Shown: positions 1 to 8,872 of the stretch, in pieces | Numbering within the stretch: position 1 is the first letter of the stretch | Layout of the letters: each line of letters opens with the position of its first letter | Source: Patescibacteria group bacterium | GTDB taxonomy: Bacteria; Patescibacteriota; Patescibacteriia; UBA1558; GWA2-36-10 | Direction: 5' to 3' | Length of the DNA: 64,000 nucleotides | Assembly (NCBI GenBank): GCA_041665505.1 | Contig: JBAYIR010000001.1 | Coordinates: 19,108 to 83,107, forward strand | Notes under the pieces: generated by a model | Told to the model about the DNA's origin: nothing | Seen by the model: the letters and a program-made list of their open reading frames with translations, nothing else | Database searches by the model: none | Made by a program: the position numbers and the translations under genes

Positions 1-596
1 CTCTGTATAAAATTGGCCCATGAAAATGGCAAGAAGCGACGAAGGATGCCTAGGACTGTGCTAACAAAAAATAATTCATCCCAAATGCCTAAACCATTTG
101 TACCGATAAACAAGCGAATAATATTTCCAATTCCTGGCTCTACAGTCCAGTTGAGATAAGCACCGGTGCTTTTGAGGTAATATGGTAATAGTAAATAAGA
201 TATTGTGGCAGTAATAAAAATCCAAGCTATTTCTTTGTGAGACCATTTGCGTCCATGATGGAAAGTGAAACGGACTAAATGATCTTTATAAATATAACGA
301 GAAACAAAATAGGGGATACTGACAGCTAAAGCTAATGTTGTACCCATCTGAAACATGTGGGCATAACTAGTATCAGTGGTAATTTGAGTAATAGCTAATA
401 AGGCTAAAGAAATATAAACTAATAATAGTTCTTTAATAAATTTTTTAGGGCAGTAATACAAACTTATTAAACCAAAAACTAATATCAAAAAGCCTAGTGG
501 TTTTATTTGTAGGGCAATTAAAATAATGCCGGCACTAGCTAGTAATGTCAGACAGATGATCTCAGCTGTATTTACTAAATATTTTTTGTGAAACAT
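1..596 (-). CDS. CPBP (CAAX protease/Abi) family intramembrane metalloprotease, 5' part only (C-terminus lies beyond the window start)
   Basis: Minus-strand ORF from the ATG at 594-596 runs in frame to position 1. The product is multi-TM and carries WDELFFV, an EExxFR-like CPBP motif 1. Confidence 0.55.
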   Translation of the reverse strand, partial: MFHKKYLVNTAEIICLTLLASAGIILIALQIKPLGFLILVFGLISLYYCPKKFIKELLLVYISLALLAITQITTDTSYAHMFQMGTTLALAVSIPYFVSRYIYKDHLVRFTFHHGRKWSHKEIAWIFITATISYLLLPYYLKSTGAYLNWTVEPGIGNIIRLFIGTNGLGIWDELFFVSTVLGILRRFLPFSWANFIQ

Positions 597-656
597 TAGC
601 TAAACTATTCTAATTTAGAATAGCAGTTACAGAAATTTTTATCAATATGCTATAAT

Positions 657-1928
657 TTGTGTATGAATATAACTTGGAAAAAACTTGGGCCATATCTGAT
701 AGTATTGGCCGCTATATTATGGGCGCTAGATGGTGTACTTCGTCGCTCTCTTTTTTCTTTGCCGCCGATTATTATAGTTTTTTATGAGCATTTAATTGGT
801 CTGCTTATTATCTCACCATTTTTGTTGAAGAATTTTAAAAAAATAAGTTTCAGCAAAAAAGAATGGGGAGCATTATTTCTAGTTAGTTTATTAAGCGGAG
901 TGCTAGGTACTTTATGGTTTACTACCGCTTTAGTTAAAGTTAATTTTATTTCTTTTTCAGTGGTGTTTTTATTACAAAAATTACAACCACTTTTTGCTAT
1001 GCTATTTGCGGTGATTTTTCTTAAAGAAAAAATTAGTAAGCAGTATATTGTTTGGGCATTTTTGGCACTACTGGCGGCTTATTTTGTAACTTTTAAAGAT
1101 GGTCTAGTAAATTTTGCGGCTGGACAAACTGCCTTAGCCGCTTTATTTGCCTTAGGAGCAGCTTTTGCTTGGGGTTCGTCTACAGCTTTTTCTCGTTTTG
1201 CCTTACTTAGAAAATCAAATACCTTGGTGACTGCTATGAGGTTTTTAATTACTACTATCTTAGCTTTTATTTTTGTGTTTATTTTTAGCCAAGAATCTAG
1301 TCTCGGAGCACCTAGCAGTAAAGAATACGGGCGGTTTTTAATTATTGCTCTGAGTACTGGTCTAGTGGCTCTATGGATTTATTATCGAGGTCTTAAAAAT
1401 ACTCAGGTTAAAGTAGCTACAATATTGGAACTTACTTTTCCATTTTTGGCAGTGATTATAGATATATTTTTATATAAAAATGTTTTAGCGCCTAGCCAAT
1501 ATATAGCAGCAGCAGTATTACTAGTAGCTATGTATATGGTCTCTCGTCTAAATACGGCTTTTGACAAAATATATAATACTAGAGTTATTGGTGGTGCTGG
1601 TAGAGGTAAGCGACTTGGTTTTCCCACCCTTAATTTTATTGTTCCAGATAATTTTGAGCATGCTTATGGTGTTTATTGTGGCTGGGTGATTGTAGGTGAT
1701 AAACAGTATCAAGCTGCTATGCATTATGGACCAATACCAACTTTTGCTGATAAGAGAAAATCATTGGAAGCACACCTTATTTCTGGTGAGCATTTACAAA
1801 ATATCCCAGATAAAATTTCTTTTCGTTTTGTGGCTAAGCTTCGGGACATAGAAAAATTTTCAGTTAAAGATAAATTAGTAGAGAATATTAATAGTGATAT
1901 CATTAGAGCCAAAGAAATTTTAAAATAA
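657..1928 (+). CDS. EamA/DMT-family transporter (about 290 aa, roughly 10 TM) fused to a C-terminal riboflavin kinase domain
   Basis: 423-aa continuous ORF. The N-terminal part is hydrophobic EamA-like. The C-terminal part reads GGAGRGKRLGFPTLNF...PIPTF...LEAHLI, matching the RibF kinase signature GRGxxLGFPTAN...PTF...LExHLxDF. There is no internal RBS at the junction. Confidence 0.6.
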   Translation: MCMNITWKKLGPYLIVLAAILWALDGVLRRSLFSLPPIIIVFYEHLIGLLIISPFLLKNFKKISFSKKEWGALFLVSLLSGVLGTLWFTTALVKVNFISFSVVFLLQKLQPLFAMLFAVIFLKEKISKQYIVWAFLALLAAYFVTFKDGLVNFAAGQTALAALFALGAAFAWGSSTAFSRFALLRKSNTLVTAMRFLITTILAFIFVFIFSQESSLGAPSSKEYGRFLIIALSTGLVALWIYYRGLKNTQVKVATILELTFPFLAVIIDIFLYKNVLAPSQYIAAAVLLVAMYMVSRLNTAFDKIYNTRVIGGAGRGKRLGFPTLNFIVPDNFEHAYGVYCGWVIVGDKQYQAAMHYGPIPTFADKRKSLEAHLISGEHLQNIPDKISFRFVAKLRDIEKFSVKDKLVENINSDIIRAKEILK

Positions 1929-2014
1929 TCATTTTTTTATTTGTTTTCAAATACCACCTGATGCTAAAACTTCAAGTGGTATTTTTATTATTTATATAAA
2001 TAGCCCTTTAGTGC

Positions 2015-2043
2015 TTGATTTTTTTGTTTCCTAGTCGTAAACT
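2015..2043 (+). promoter_or_regulatory. Sigma70-like promoter TTGATT-17-TAAACT driving the GC-rich radical SAM gene
   Basis: Direct motif read in AT-rich DNA, followed by AAGGAAAGAGAGG Shine-Dalgarno and ATG at 2107. Confidence 0.45.
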
Positions 2044-2106
2044 CATAAGGTTAGTCGTTATTTGTCAACCGAAGGAACTGAAACTGAAGGAAAGAGAGGA
2101 CTAGTC

Positions 2107-3633
2107 ATGTTGATAGTAGGAATCGAACCCAAAGCTCCTGGACTGCATATGTTTACGCAAGTGTACACGCCGCGGGCGGGTCTACCGAGGTTACTCCCCC
2201 GAGCTCAGGAACTCGGACATCAGTGCGTCATCTTCTGTGAAGAGTTGCGTCAATCGCAGCTCGATTGGACTCTGGTCTCCAAGGCGGATTTGATCTTGGT
2301 CTCGTCAACCACCTCGACTGCGCCACGCGCTTACCAGCTCGTGGCCAAGGCCAAAAGGCTGAATCCGCGGGCGACTATACTTGGTGGAGGACCTCATTTC
2401 ACTTTCGAGTGTCAGGAGGCGCTGGAGAGTGGTATTGATTTCGTCTTCCGTCATTGGGCAGACAGCAGTTTCTTTGAGTGGCTGGAGTGGTATCAGTCAC
2501 TTGAGGATACTCAGGTGATTAGCGGTGACGATTTGCGTCGCCTGTCAGAAATTGGCGGTTTGGCCTTCATGACGGGCAATCAAGTCCACAAGACGGCTAT
2601 GCCCAGGCAGGTTGACCCTGATTCATGGGCCACGCCTGATTTCCGCTTGGTGACTGGCTACAAGCCAAGAACTCTGACAATGATCACCAGTGAAGGATGT
2701 GATCACAAGTGTGAGTTCTGCTCGGAGTGGACCATGCACGGTGGAAAGTACCGTGTTCGTTCAGCTGAGAGAGTCTTGGCAGACCTTGTTTTTTACCGAA
2801 GAATCTATGGGAGGATTCCGATTTTCTTCGGAGATGACAACTTGGCTGCTGACCAGAAAGACAGCACTGGTCAGGTGACTGTTTCTGGTGTTGATCGTTT
2901 GACACAGCTGTGTCAGATGATCATTGATCATGGTTTGCAGGGTTCATATTCTGGTCAGGTTCGTCTGGCCTTGGCTGACCATCCGGGGGTCTTGGCTTTG
3001 ATGAGCCGAGCGGGCTTTAATCGAGCCTGTATTGGCTATGAATCGATAAACCCCGACAATGCCCAAGCTACGGGCAACAAGCTGGAGTTTGCTCGCATGG
3101 GTGAACAGACAGCTATGTTTCACAAGCATGGTATTGCTGTCCATGCGATGTGGATCATGGGTTTTGATCCTGATACTTTGGCCACCATCGCTGAAACAGT
3201 GAAGGCGGCCATCAACTGGCGGATTGAGACCAACCAATTTATGGTTTTGGTGCCAATTCCTGGTTCACCACTGAGGAAACGTCTAGAAAGAGAGGGGAGA
3301 ATCATTCATTCGGCGGGTTGGGATAAATACGACGGACACCATGTCGTATTCTACCCCAAACTGATGAAGTCTTGGGAACTCCAGGCAGCAGTGATGCTCA
3401 GAGCTATGCCCAAGGTCTACAACCTGGGACAAACCTTGGGCATTTACCTGTCTAGCAATTTCCGTACCTTGGTGAGATGGATTAACCGTCGGGCGCCTCA
3501 TCCTGGTATTGAGTTTCAGAGTCATACCATCACTCTGGTCTTGCGAGTGGTGGGACGTAACATGGTTAGGCGGGTTGGTAAACCCGCTAGAGACTACTTC
3601 GAGGAACTGAGGAGGTCGCCTACCAACAGGTAG
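2107..3633 (+). CDS. B12-binding-domain radical SAM protein (class B rSAM), compositionally foreign (~55% GC)
   Basis: N-terminal B12-binding-like region (ILVSSTTSTAPRAY...ILGGGPHFT) and a radical SAM CxxxCxxC box (SEGCDHKCEFCSE). A strong SD lies 8 nt before the ATG at 2107. The ORF track's TTG start at 2062 lacks an SD. Confidence 0.75.
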   Translation: MLIVGIEPKAPGLHMFTQVYTPRAGLPRLLPRAQELGHQCVIFCEELRQSQLDWTLVSKADLILVSSTTSTAPRAYQLVAKAKRLNPRATILGGGPHFTFECQEALESGIDFVFRHWADSSFFEWLEWYQSLEDTQVISGDDLRRLSEIGGLAFMTGNQVHKTAMPRQVDPDSWATPDFRLVTGYKPRTLTMITSEGCDHKCEFCSEWTMHGGKYRVRSAERVLADLVFYRRIYGRIPIFFGDDNLAADQKDSTGQVTVSGVDRLTQLCQMIIDHGLQGSYSGQVRLALADHPGVLALMSRAGFNRACIGYESINPDNAQATGNKLEFARMGEQTAMFHKHGIAVHAMWIMGFDPDTLATIAETVKAAINWRIETNQFMVLVPIPGSPLRKRLEREGRIIHSAGWDKYDGHHVVFYPKLMKSWELQAAVMLRAMPKVYNLGQTLGIYLSSNFRTLVRWINRRAPHPGIEFQSHTITLVLRVVGRNMVRRVGKPARDYFEELRRSPTNR

Positions 3634-3643
3634 GACCAGAGAG

Positions 3644-3690
3644 CCCGTTGTCCTCGCGCCAAGCGCGAGGACAACGGGTGTTTTTATTTT
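3644..3690 (+). terminator. Rho-independent terminator with a perfect 16-bp GC stem plus T-run
   Basis: cccgttgtcctcgcgc-caa-gcgcgaggacaacggg followed by tgtttttatttt. Confidence 0.7.
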
Positions 3691-3713
3691 CGGCAATTTG
3701 TTATAATATAGTC

Positions 3714-4106
3714 ATGCTTTCTAAAAAGTATAAACAACAAATTATATTTTTACTTTTAGCCGCTTTATGGGGTTATTTGATTTTTTATCTTTCGGATATA
3801 CCAGATTTAGCTACTAATTTACCACCTAAATATGATTTTATTTTACGCAAGTTAGCTCATAGCTTTGTTTTTTTAGTATTAACTTATTTGGTAGCTGCCA
3901 GTTTGGATAGATCAGAGCGTCATTATTTACTTTTTGTGATTGTAGCAGCTATTACTTATGCTTTGATAGATGAGATTCATCAAACTTTTGTCAGTGGTCG
4001 GGTGGGCAGTGGTCGTGATATATTGATAGATTCAATTGGTGTATATTTTGGTGTTTGGCTTTATAAAATTCGGCCACCTAAAAAATTATTTAAATTTATA
4101 AAATAA
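3714..4106 (+). CDS. VanZ-like family membrane protein
   Basis: LRKLAHSFVFLVL...DEIHQTFVSGR...DILIDSIG matches the VanZ signature. The start is taken as MLSKKYK; the ORF-track start at 3648 overlaps the terminator. Confidence 0.6.
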   Translation: MLSKKYKQQIIFLLLAALWGYLIFYLSDIPDLATNLPPKYDFILRKLAHSFVFLVLTYLVAASLDRSERHYLLFVIVAAITYALIDEIHQTFVSGRVGSGRDILIDSIGVYFGVWLYKIRPPKKLFKFIK

Positions 4107-4108
4107 AA

Positions 4109-4150
4109 TCCACCCAGCCCTTCGCGAAGGGCTGGGTGGATAAAATTTTT
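4109..4150. terminator. Bidirectional terminator between convergent genes
   Basis: tccacccagccc-ttcgcgaa-gggctgggtgga, a perfect 12-bp stem flanked by A/T runs. Confidence 0.6.
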
Positions 4151-4151
4151 A

Positions 4152-4499
4152 TTATTTCTTCAATTCAGCAACAATTTTTTGGAAAGCGGCTGGATCTTGT
4201 TCAGCTAGTTGAGACAATACTTTTCTGTCCAACTCACAGTTTTTGACTTTCATAGCGTGTATAAAAGCAGAATATTTCCAATCCAATTGGTGCAGAGCAG
4301 CATTAAGCTTGGTTTGCCATAATCTACGATTAACTCTTTTTTTATTGCGTCTATCACGCATAGCATGTGTACCAGCATGGAGCACAGCTTCTTTGGCTTG
4401 TTTTATTTTATTCTTACGACCCCAAGTATATCCTTTAGTTTTAGCTAGAAGATTTTTCCTTCTTTTGACATGGGTAGTGCCTCTTTTTACTCTTGGCAT
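4152..4499 (-). CDS. rplT: 50S ribosomal protein L20
   Basis: MPRVKRGTTHVKRRKNLLAKTKGY... is a typical L20 N-terminus. It sits in the infC-rpmI-rplT arrangement. Confidence 0.9.
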   Translation of the reverse strand: MPRVKRGTTHVKRRKNLLAKTKGYTWGRKNKIKQAKEAVLHAGTHAMRDRRNKKRVNRRLWQTKLNAALHQLDWKYSAFIHAMKVKNCELDRKVLSQLAEQDPAAFQKIVAELKK

Positions 4500-4521
4500 A
4501 ATATTTTAGTTTCTTTATAAA

Positions 4522-4716
4522 TTATAGATAAGGTAATAGTTTTTTGACTGCTTTGACATTAACAGGTGATATTTCTTTATCACGTTTTTTGTTTTTAGTA
4601 ACCTTGGAAGATTCTCTAGAATTAAAATGATCTTGTCCACCAGTGCGGATAAGGATTTTCTTTTTGCTAGTTATCTTAACTCTTTTGCTGAGTATTTTTT
4701 TGGTTTTCAATTTCAT
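4522..4716 (-). CDS. rpmI: 50S ribosomal protein L35
   Basis: 64-aa Lys/Arg-rich MKLKTKK... lies between infC and rplT. Confidence 0.85.
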   Translation of the reverse strand: MKLKTKKILSKRVKITSKKKILIRTGGQDHFNSRESSKVTKNKKRDKEISPVNVKAVKKLLPYL

Positions 4717-4728
4717 AGTCTTATGGAA

Positions 4729-5211
4729 TTATTTTTTATTGATCAATACACTTAATATAGCACCTTGTTGTTGTATGTCTTTGTCAACATTATATTCGCC
4801 GTCTAAGTCGGCTACAAATTGTTTTATTACTTCTTTAGCTTTTTCTTTGAAAGTAATAGCTTTTTCACGGCCTTTTAATCTCAATTCTATTTTGACGTCA
4901 TGGCCTTTGGATAAAAATTTTTGTACTTGTTTTTGTTTTACCAACATGTCATGTTGACCAATCTTTAAAGACAATCTAATGCCTTTGGTCTCTAGTTGTT
5001 TGACTTTTTGTTGGCTGCGACTTTGTTGGTATTGGAATTTGCCGTGGTCAATAATTTTACATACTGGCGGTTGGGCTAGGGGAGAGACCTCCACTAAATC
5101 CAAACCTTTTTCAATGGCCAAACTGAGCGCTTGGGCAATTGGCATAACACCTAATTGTTCGTCTTCTGGTCCAATTACTCTAACTTCTACTGCCCGGATT
5201 TGTCTATTCAT
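4729..5211 (-). CDS. infC: Translation initiation factor IF-3 (true start probably a non-AUG codon further upstream)
   Basis: IRAVEVRVIGPEDEQLGVM...GLDLVEVSP...PVCKIIDHGKFQYQ is the IF3 N- and C-domain signature. The ORF begins right at the conserved core, which suggests an upstream AUU/AUA start. Confidence 0.85.
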   Translation of the reverse strand: MNRQIRAVEVRVIGPEDEQLGVMPIAQALSLAIEKGLDLVEVSPLAQPPVCKIIDHGKFQYQQSRSQQKVKQLETKGIRLSLKIGQHDMLVKQKQVQKFLSKGHDVKIELRLKGREKAITFKEKAKEVIKQFVADLDGEYNVDKDIQQQGAILSVLINKK

Positions 5212-5319
5212 CCAATATTTTTTGGCAACGAAGTTTGTTTTGTTTCTTTTGCTGTTTCTAATAAATTTGTTTTAACTTCTAAAATGGAGTTTTAGCAGTC
5301 CTTTAGGGGCTTTTAAAAC

Positions 5320-5707
5320 TGGTGGAGATGAGGGGTATCACACCCCTGTCTGGCAAATGTCCTAATACACTTCTACAAGCTTATTCAATTTTGTGGTTTA
5401 AATTGTTGGCTCTAAAATTGACAAAAAACCAACAACCGAGCTAGTTTTTTTGTTTCAAAATACTTGTACTAACTCCAGGTATTTCTAGCCTGAAAAATAT
5501 GGCGCCTCTAGTCAAGCTCAGGCGGCTTAGCCTAGAAACGGTCGAGGCACAATTTAGGCCAAGACTGGTGCAAAGCTAGGAACTTTGAAAAGTTCTTTTA
5601 CTTTGGCAAAAGTGTTTTCTGCACTTATTTTAGTGTAATTTTTTACGAGATCACGAACTCAACTTGCTATATATCACTTCATCTGACGTCAAATAAAAAA
5701 CATCCCC
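5320..5707 (-). ncRNA. ssrA: tmRNA (SsrA)
   Basis: Minus-strand 5' end is GGGGAUG...UUUGACG. The 3' end has GGAC, a T-arm, CAUCUCC-A-CCA, and an acceptor stem with a G3:U70 wobble (Ala identity). A candidate tag ORF (AENTF...FAPVLA*) ends in TAA. The gene sits 4 nt downstream of the smpB stop. Confidence 0.65.
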
Positions 5708-5711
5708 TTAA

Positions 5712-6164
5712 TTAAAAATTTTTCAATTTTCTTAAAATGTTTCTATTGATATCCTTTCTTTTGATATCTTCTCGTTTGTCAAATTTCCTTTTTCCTTTAA
5801 CTAAAGCAATTTTTACCTTAATTAACCTTCGCGTAGTATACACTGAAACAGGCATTATTGTCAAGCCCTTCTCCTTGGTTTTACTGGATAAATATAGTAT
5901 TTCTTTTTTAGTTAAAAGTAATTTGCGGTTGGCATCTGAATCGTAGTTTTTCATACTTTGTAGAGAAGCTTTGGCATAAATAGGAATATGTACCTTTTTG
6001 ATGTAGGCTTGACCATTTTTAATAGAAATAAAAGCGCCTTTAAGACTAATATGTCTAGTTTTAATAGATTTCACTTCAGCCCCAGTCAAAACTAAACCAG
6101 CCTCAAACTCTTCTAAGTTTTGGAAATTATGATTAAGCTGTTTGTTTATGGCGATTGTAGGCAT
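5712..6164 (-). CDS. smpB: SsrA-binding protein SmpB
   Basis: IAINKQ..NY...EAG..L.G.EVKS...ISLKGA...YIKK..I is conserved SmpB sequence, and the gene is adjacent to the tmRNA. Confidence 0.85.
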   Translation of the reverse strand: MPTIAINKQLNHNFQNLEEFEAGLVLTGAEVKSIKTRHISLKGAFISIKNGQAYIKKVHIPIYAKASLQSMKNYDSDANRKLLLTKKEILYLSSKTKEKGLTIMPVSVYTTRRLIKVKIALVKGKRKFDKREDIKRKDINRNILRKLKNF

Positions 6165-6357
6165 AAGTTTTCTTTTTTCTACGGGGTAACTATATGATAT
6201 TTTAACTGCTTTGACAAGAATAAAGCTTCATAGTAATTGAATATTGTTTAATAAATCTATCTTTATAGTTTTTTGAGGGGTTTTTTGTTTGTTTTAATTT
6301 TGCTATAATATAATTATAGGGTTTTTTAATATTTATATAATAATTAATAAAAAAATT

Positions 6358-6582
6358 ATGTTTGGATTAATTTTAGTAATTTTGGGTGTCTTGGTCTTAT
6401 TTGAAAAGATGGGCATTATTCAAGGAGATTTTTGGGGATTCTTTTGGCCAATTATTTTGATTGTTTTAGGTCTTAACATGATCAAAAAAGATAGTGGTAG
6501 TATGTCTTGCTGCGGGTTTTTGAGTCATAAAAAACAAAAGAGTCATCAGGAAGATCATCATAAAGTAGTTGACGAACAATAA
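6358..6582 (+). CDS. Small membrane protein (2 TM), hypothetical
   Basis: ORF with two hydrophobic helices and a C-terminal His/charged tail. Confidence 0.4.
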   Translation: MFGLILVILGVLVLFEKMGIIQGDFWGFFWPIILIVLGLNMIKKDSGSMSCCGFLSHKKQKSHQEDHHKVVDEQ

Positions 6583-6624
6583 TTTTATCCAAGATAGATT
6601 AATCTCTGGCTGGCAATTTTTTAG

Positions 6625-7014
6625 ATGAATAGAATAATAGATAATAAAGATAGTCAGGTCTCTATAAAGCGGTCCAAGTTTTTGGGCTTTGCTTTTTATG
6701 TAGATAATGAAAAAAAAGTGTCTGAAATCTTACAAAGTTTTGAAGGTAAATATAAAGGAGCAGTCCATACAGTCTATGCTTATAGACTTAAAGAAAGCGG
6801 GGTGCTCAGAGAAAAATTTGATAATGACAAAGAGCCAGTCGGTTCAGCTGGGCAGCCTATTCTTTATTTATTGCAAAAAAAAGACATAATGAATTGTTTG
6901 ATAGTGGTAGTTCGCTACTTTGGCGGAGTTTTATTGGGGACAGGGGGGCTAGTCAGAGCTTACACTACTGCCGCCCAAGGTACTTTGGAGGATAATGTAA
7001 AAACAGATGTTTAG
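6625..7014 (+). CDS. IMPACT/YigZ (UPF0029) family protein
   Basis: KRSKFLGFAF...AVHTVYAYRL...GSAGQPIL..L......N.LIVVVRYFGGVLLGTGGLVRAY carries the YigZ N-domain motifs. Confidence 0.7.
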   Translation: MNRIIDNKDSQVSIKRSKFLGFAFYVDNEKKVSEILQSFEGKYKGAVHTVYAYRLKESGVLREKFDNDKEPVGSAGQPILYLLQKKDIMNCLIVVVRYFGGVLLGTGGLVRAYTTAAQGTLEDNVKTDV

Positions 7015-7576
7015 TAAAATAGAGAAAAAAAATATCAATATATCAGGTCAAAATTACGAATATACTCTTCGTCGTAGAGCCAGAGTAAAATATATCCGTT
7101 TAGCTATTGAGGCTGATGGTAGTATTGTTTTGACTGCACCTAGTGCTTATCCGGTATTTTTGCTTAAAAATTTTTTAGCTAGTCGTATCAACTGGATAGT
7201 CAGGGGCATTGAAAAGAGAAAATCCAATCCCAGTATTTTGGGTATCTGGCATTCGGCTACTGAGATCAAACATTATAAAAAACAAGCTAGGTTCTTGGTA
7301 GAGGAGAGGTTGAAATATTTTAATGAATATTATAATTTTAAATATAATAAGATAGCTATTCGCAATCAAAAGAGTCGTTGGGGCAGTTGTTCGTCTTCAA
7401 AAAATTTAAATTTTAATTATCGTTTAGCGATTTTACCACTAGAATTAGCTGACTATATTATTGTCCATGAGCTTTGCCATCTAAAGGAAATGAATCATTC
7501 ACGGCACTTTTGGGCTTTGGTAGAAAAGACCATTCCTGATTATAAAGTTAGGCAGAAAAAAATAAAGAAAATTTAG
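7007..7576 (+). CDS. YgjP-like metal-dependent hydrolase (DUF45/M48-like, HExxH)
   Basis: The C-terminal IIVHELCHLKEMNHSRHFW is the DUF45 zinc-motif region. Confidence 0.65.
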   Translation: MFSKIEKKNINISGQNYEYTLRRRARVKYIRLAIEADGSIVLTAPSAYPVFLLKNFLASRINWIVRGIEKRKSNPSILGIWHSATEIKHYKKQARFLVEERLKYFNEYYNFKYNKIAIRNQKSRWGSCSSSKNLNFNYRLAILPLELADYIIVHELCHLKEMNHSRHFWALVEKTIPDYKVRQKKIKKI

Positions 7577-7654
7577 CTAATGTTAGCTAATTTTTTTGAT
7601 TATTAATGATTTGAAAAAAGGCCTTGATTCTGCTAGAATTAGAAGTACAAAAGC

Positions 7655-8431
7655 ATGGAAGAAAAATATCAAAAAATCATAGCCGCAGCCAGAGCTGGTG
7701 GCCAAGTTTTAAAGCACTATTTTGGGCAAGAATTAGAAGTGACTGAAAAAACAATGCCGTCTGATTTTGTAACTATAGCTGATTTGGAAGCCGAAGCTGC
7801 AGTTTTGAAAATACTCAAAGAAAATTTTCCAGATTATAATATTATTTCGGAGGAATCAGACGATATAGCCAATGGCTCGGAATATACTTTTATTATTGAT
7901 CCAATGGATGGAACAAATAATTTTATTTTAGGTTTGGCCAATTTTTCTTGTACTATTGCTTTGATGAAAAATAAAGAAGTAATTTTTTCGGTAGTTTACA
8001 ATCCTATTATTGATAAGCTCTACTATGCTATCAAAGGTCAAGGAGCTTTTTTGAATGATAAAAAAATAAATGTAAACTCTGAAACAGATTTACGTAGAGC
8101 TAGTATTTCATTTATAGCCAAGTACAATCACGATGAAAATTTTAGATTAAAAATAATTGAAAATTTAAAAACGTCCAATATTATAAAAAGATATATGGAA
8201 AATTGGTCACCACTTTTGGATTTTTCCATGCTAGCGGCTGGTAAAATAGAAGTAGTCATCAGTTCAGATTCAGAACTGCATGATATTTTAGCTGGTAAAT
8301 TAATAGCTAAAGAAGCAGGAGCAATTATTTTGTCTTTGGACGGTAATTTAGAAACAGATGATAGAAATACTAGTTTTATTTGTGCCAACAATAAAGTTAT
8401 AGCTAATAAAATATTAGAAATTATTAAATAA
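7655..8431 (+). CDS. Inositol monophosphatase family protein (SuhB-like)
   Basis: EESD...IDPMDGTNNF and ...VVY.P... are IMPase motifs. Confidence 0.75.
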   Translation: MEEKYQKIIAAARAGGQVLKHYFGQELEVTEKTMPSDFVTIADLEAEAAVLKILKENFPDYNIISEESDDIANGSEYTFIIDPMDGTNNFILGLANFSCTIALMKNKEVIFSVVYNPIIDKLYYAIKGQGAFLNDKKINVNSETDLRRASISFIAKYNHDENFRLKIIENLKTSNIIKRYMENWSPLLDFSMLAAGKIEVVISSDSELHDILAGKLIAKEAGAIILSLDGNLETDDRNTSFICANNKVIANKILEIIK

Positions 8432-8432
8432 A

Positions 8433-8861
8433 ATGTTTTGTTTTTTTTGTGATATTCAAAAAGAAGATGAAAGAAAAGTAATAGATAGTCAATATTTTAC
8501 TTCTCGTTTTTCTGAAGTACCAGTAGCAGCTGGACATTGTGAAATATTTAGTAAAGAGCATAAAGAAGATTTGTTTCAATTATCTAGTGATGAGTGGAAT
8601 AATTTGTATGAAATAATAAAAGCAGTCAAACAAAAAATAGAAGAAAAATATCAGCCCAATGGCTATAATATTGGCTTCAATGTTGGCTTGGCCGGCGGGC
8701 AGAGTCAAAAACATATTCATCTTCATGTAATACCCCGTTATCTTGGCGATGTAGAGAATCCTCGCGGGGGAGTAAGAAATGTAATACCAGACAAAGCTGA
8801 TTATTATAAATATATTTTAGAAAAATTTCCAGAAAGAAAGAAGTATATAAAAGAAAATTAA
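8433..8861 (+). CDS. HIT-family (histidine triad) hydrolase
   Basis: QKHIHLHVIPR is the HxHxHxx motif. Confidence 0.75.
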   Translation: MFCFFCDIQKEDERKVIDSQYFTSRFSEVPVAAGHCEIFSKEHKEDLFQLSSDEWNNLYEIIKAVKQKIEEKYQPNGYNIGFNVGLAGGQSQKHIHLHVIPRYLGDVENPRGGVRNVIPDKADYYKYILEKFPERKKYIKEN

Positions 8862-8872
8862 ATAATAAACTT

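Noticed and set aside
2062-2106. ORF-track TTG start for the radical SAM gene, giving MSTEGTETEGKRG.
   Set aside because: This region is actually the Shine-Dalgarno (GAAGGAAAGAGAGG). The ATG at 2107 is properly spaced after it.
3283-3696. 137-aa minus-strand ORF overlapping the 3' end of the radical SAM gene and its terminator.
   Set aside because: It is antisense in GC-rich DNA and runs through the terminator hairpin.
5316-5400. Possible minus-strand tRNA upstream of infC, from a T-arm-like GGGG...CCCC plus a CCA end.
   Set aside because: No 5' acceptor strand is present within 80 nt. The matching 5' GGGGAUG lies 380 nt away, so it was reinterpreted as the 3' tRNA-like domain of tmRNA.
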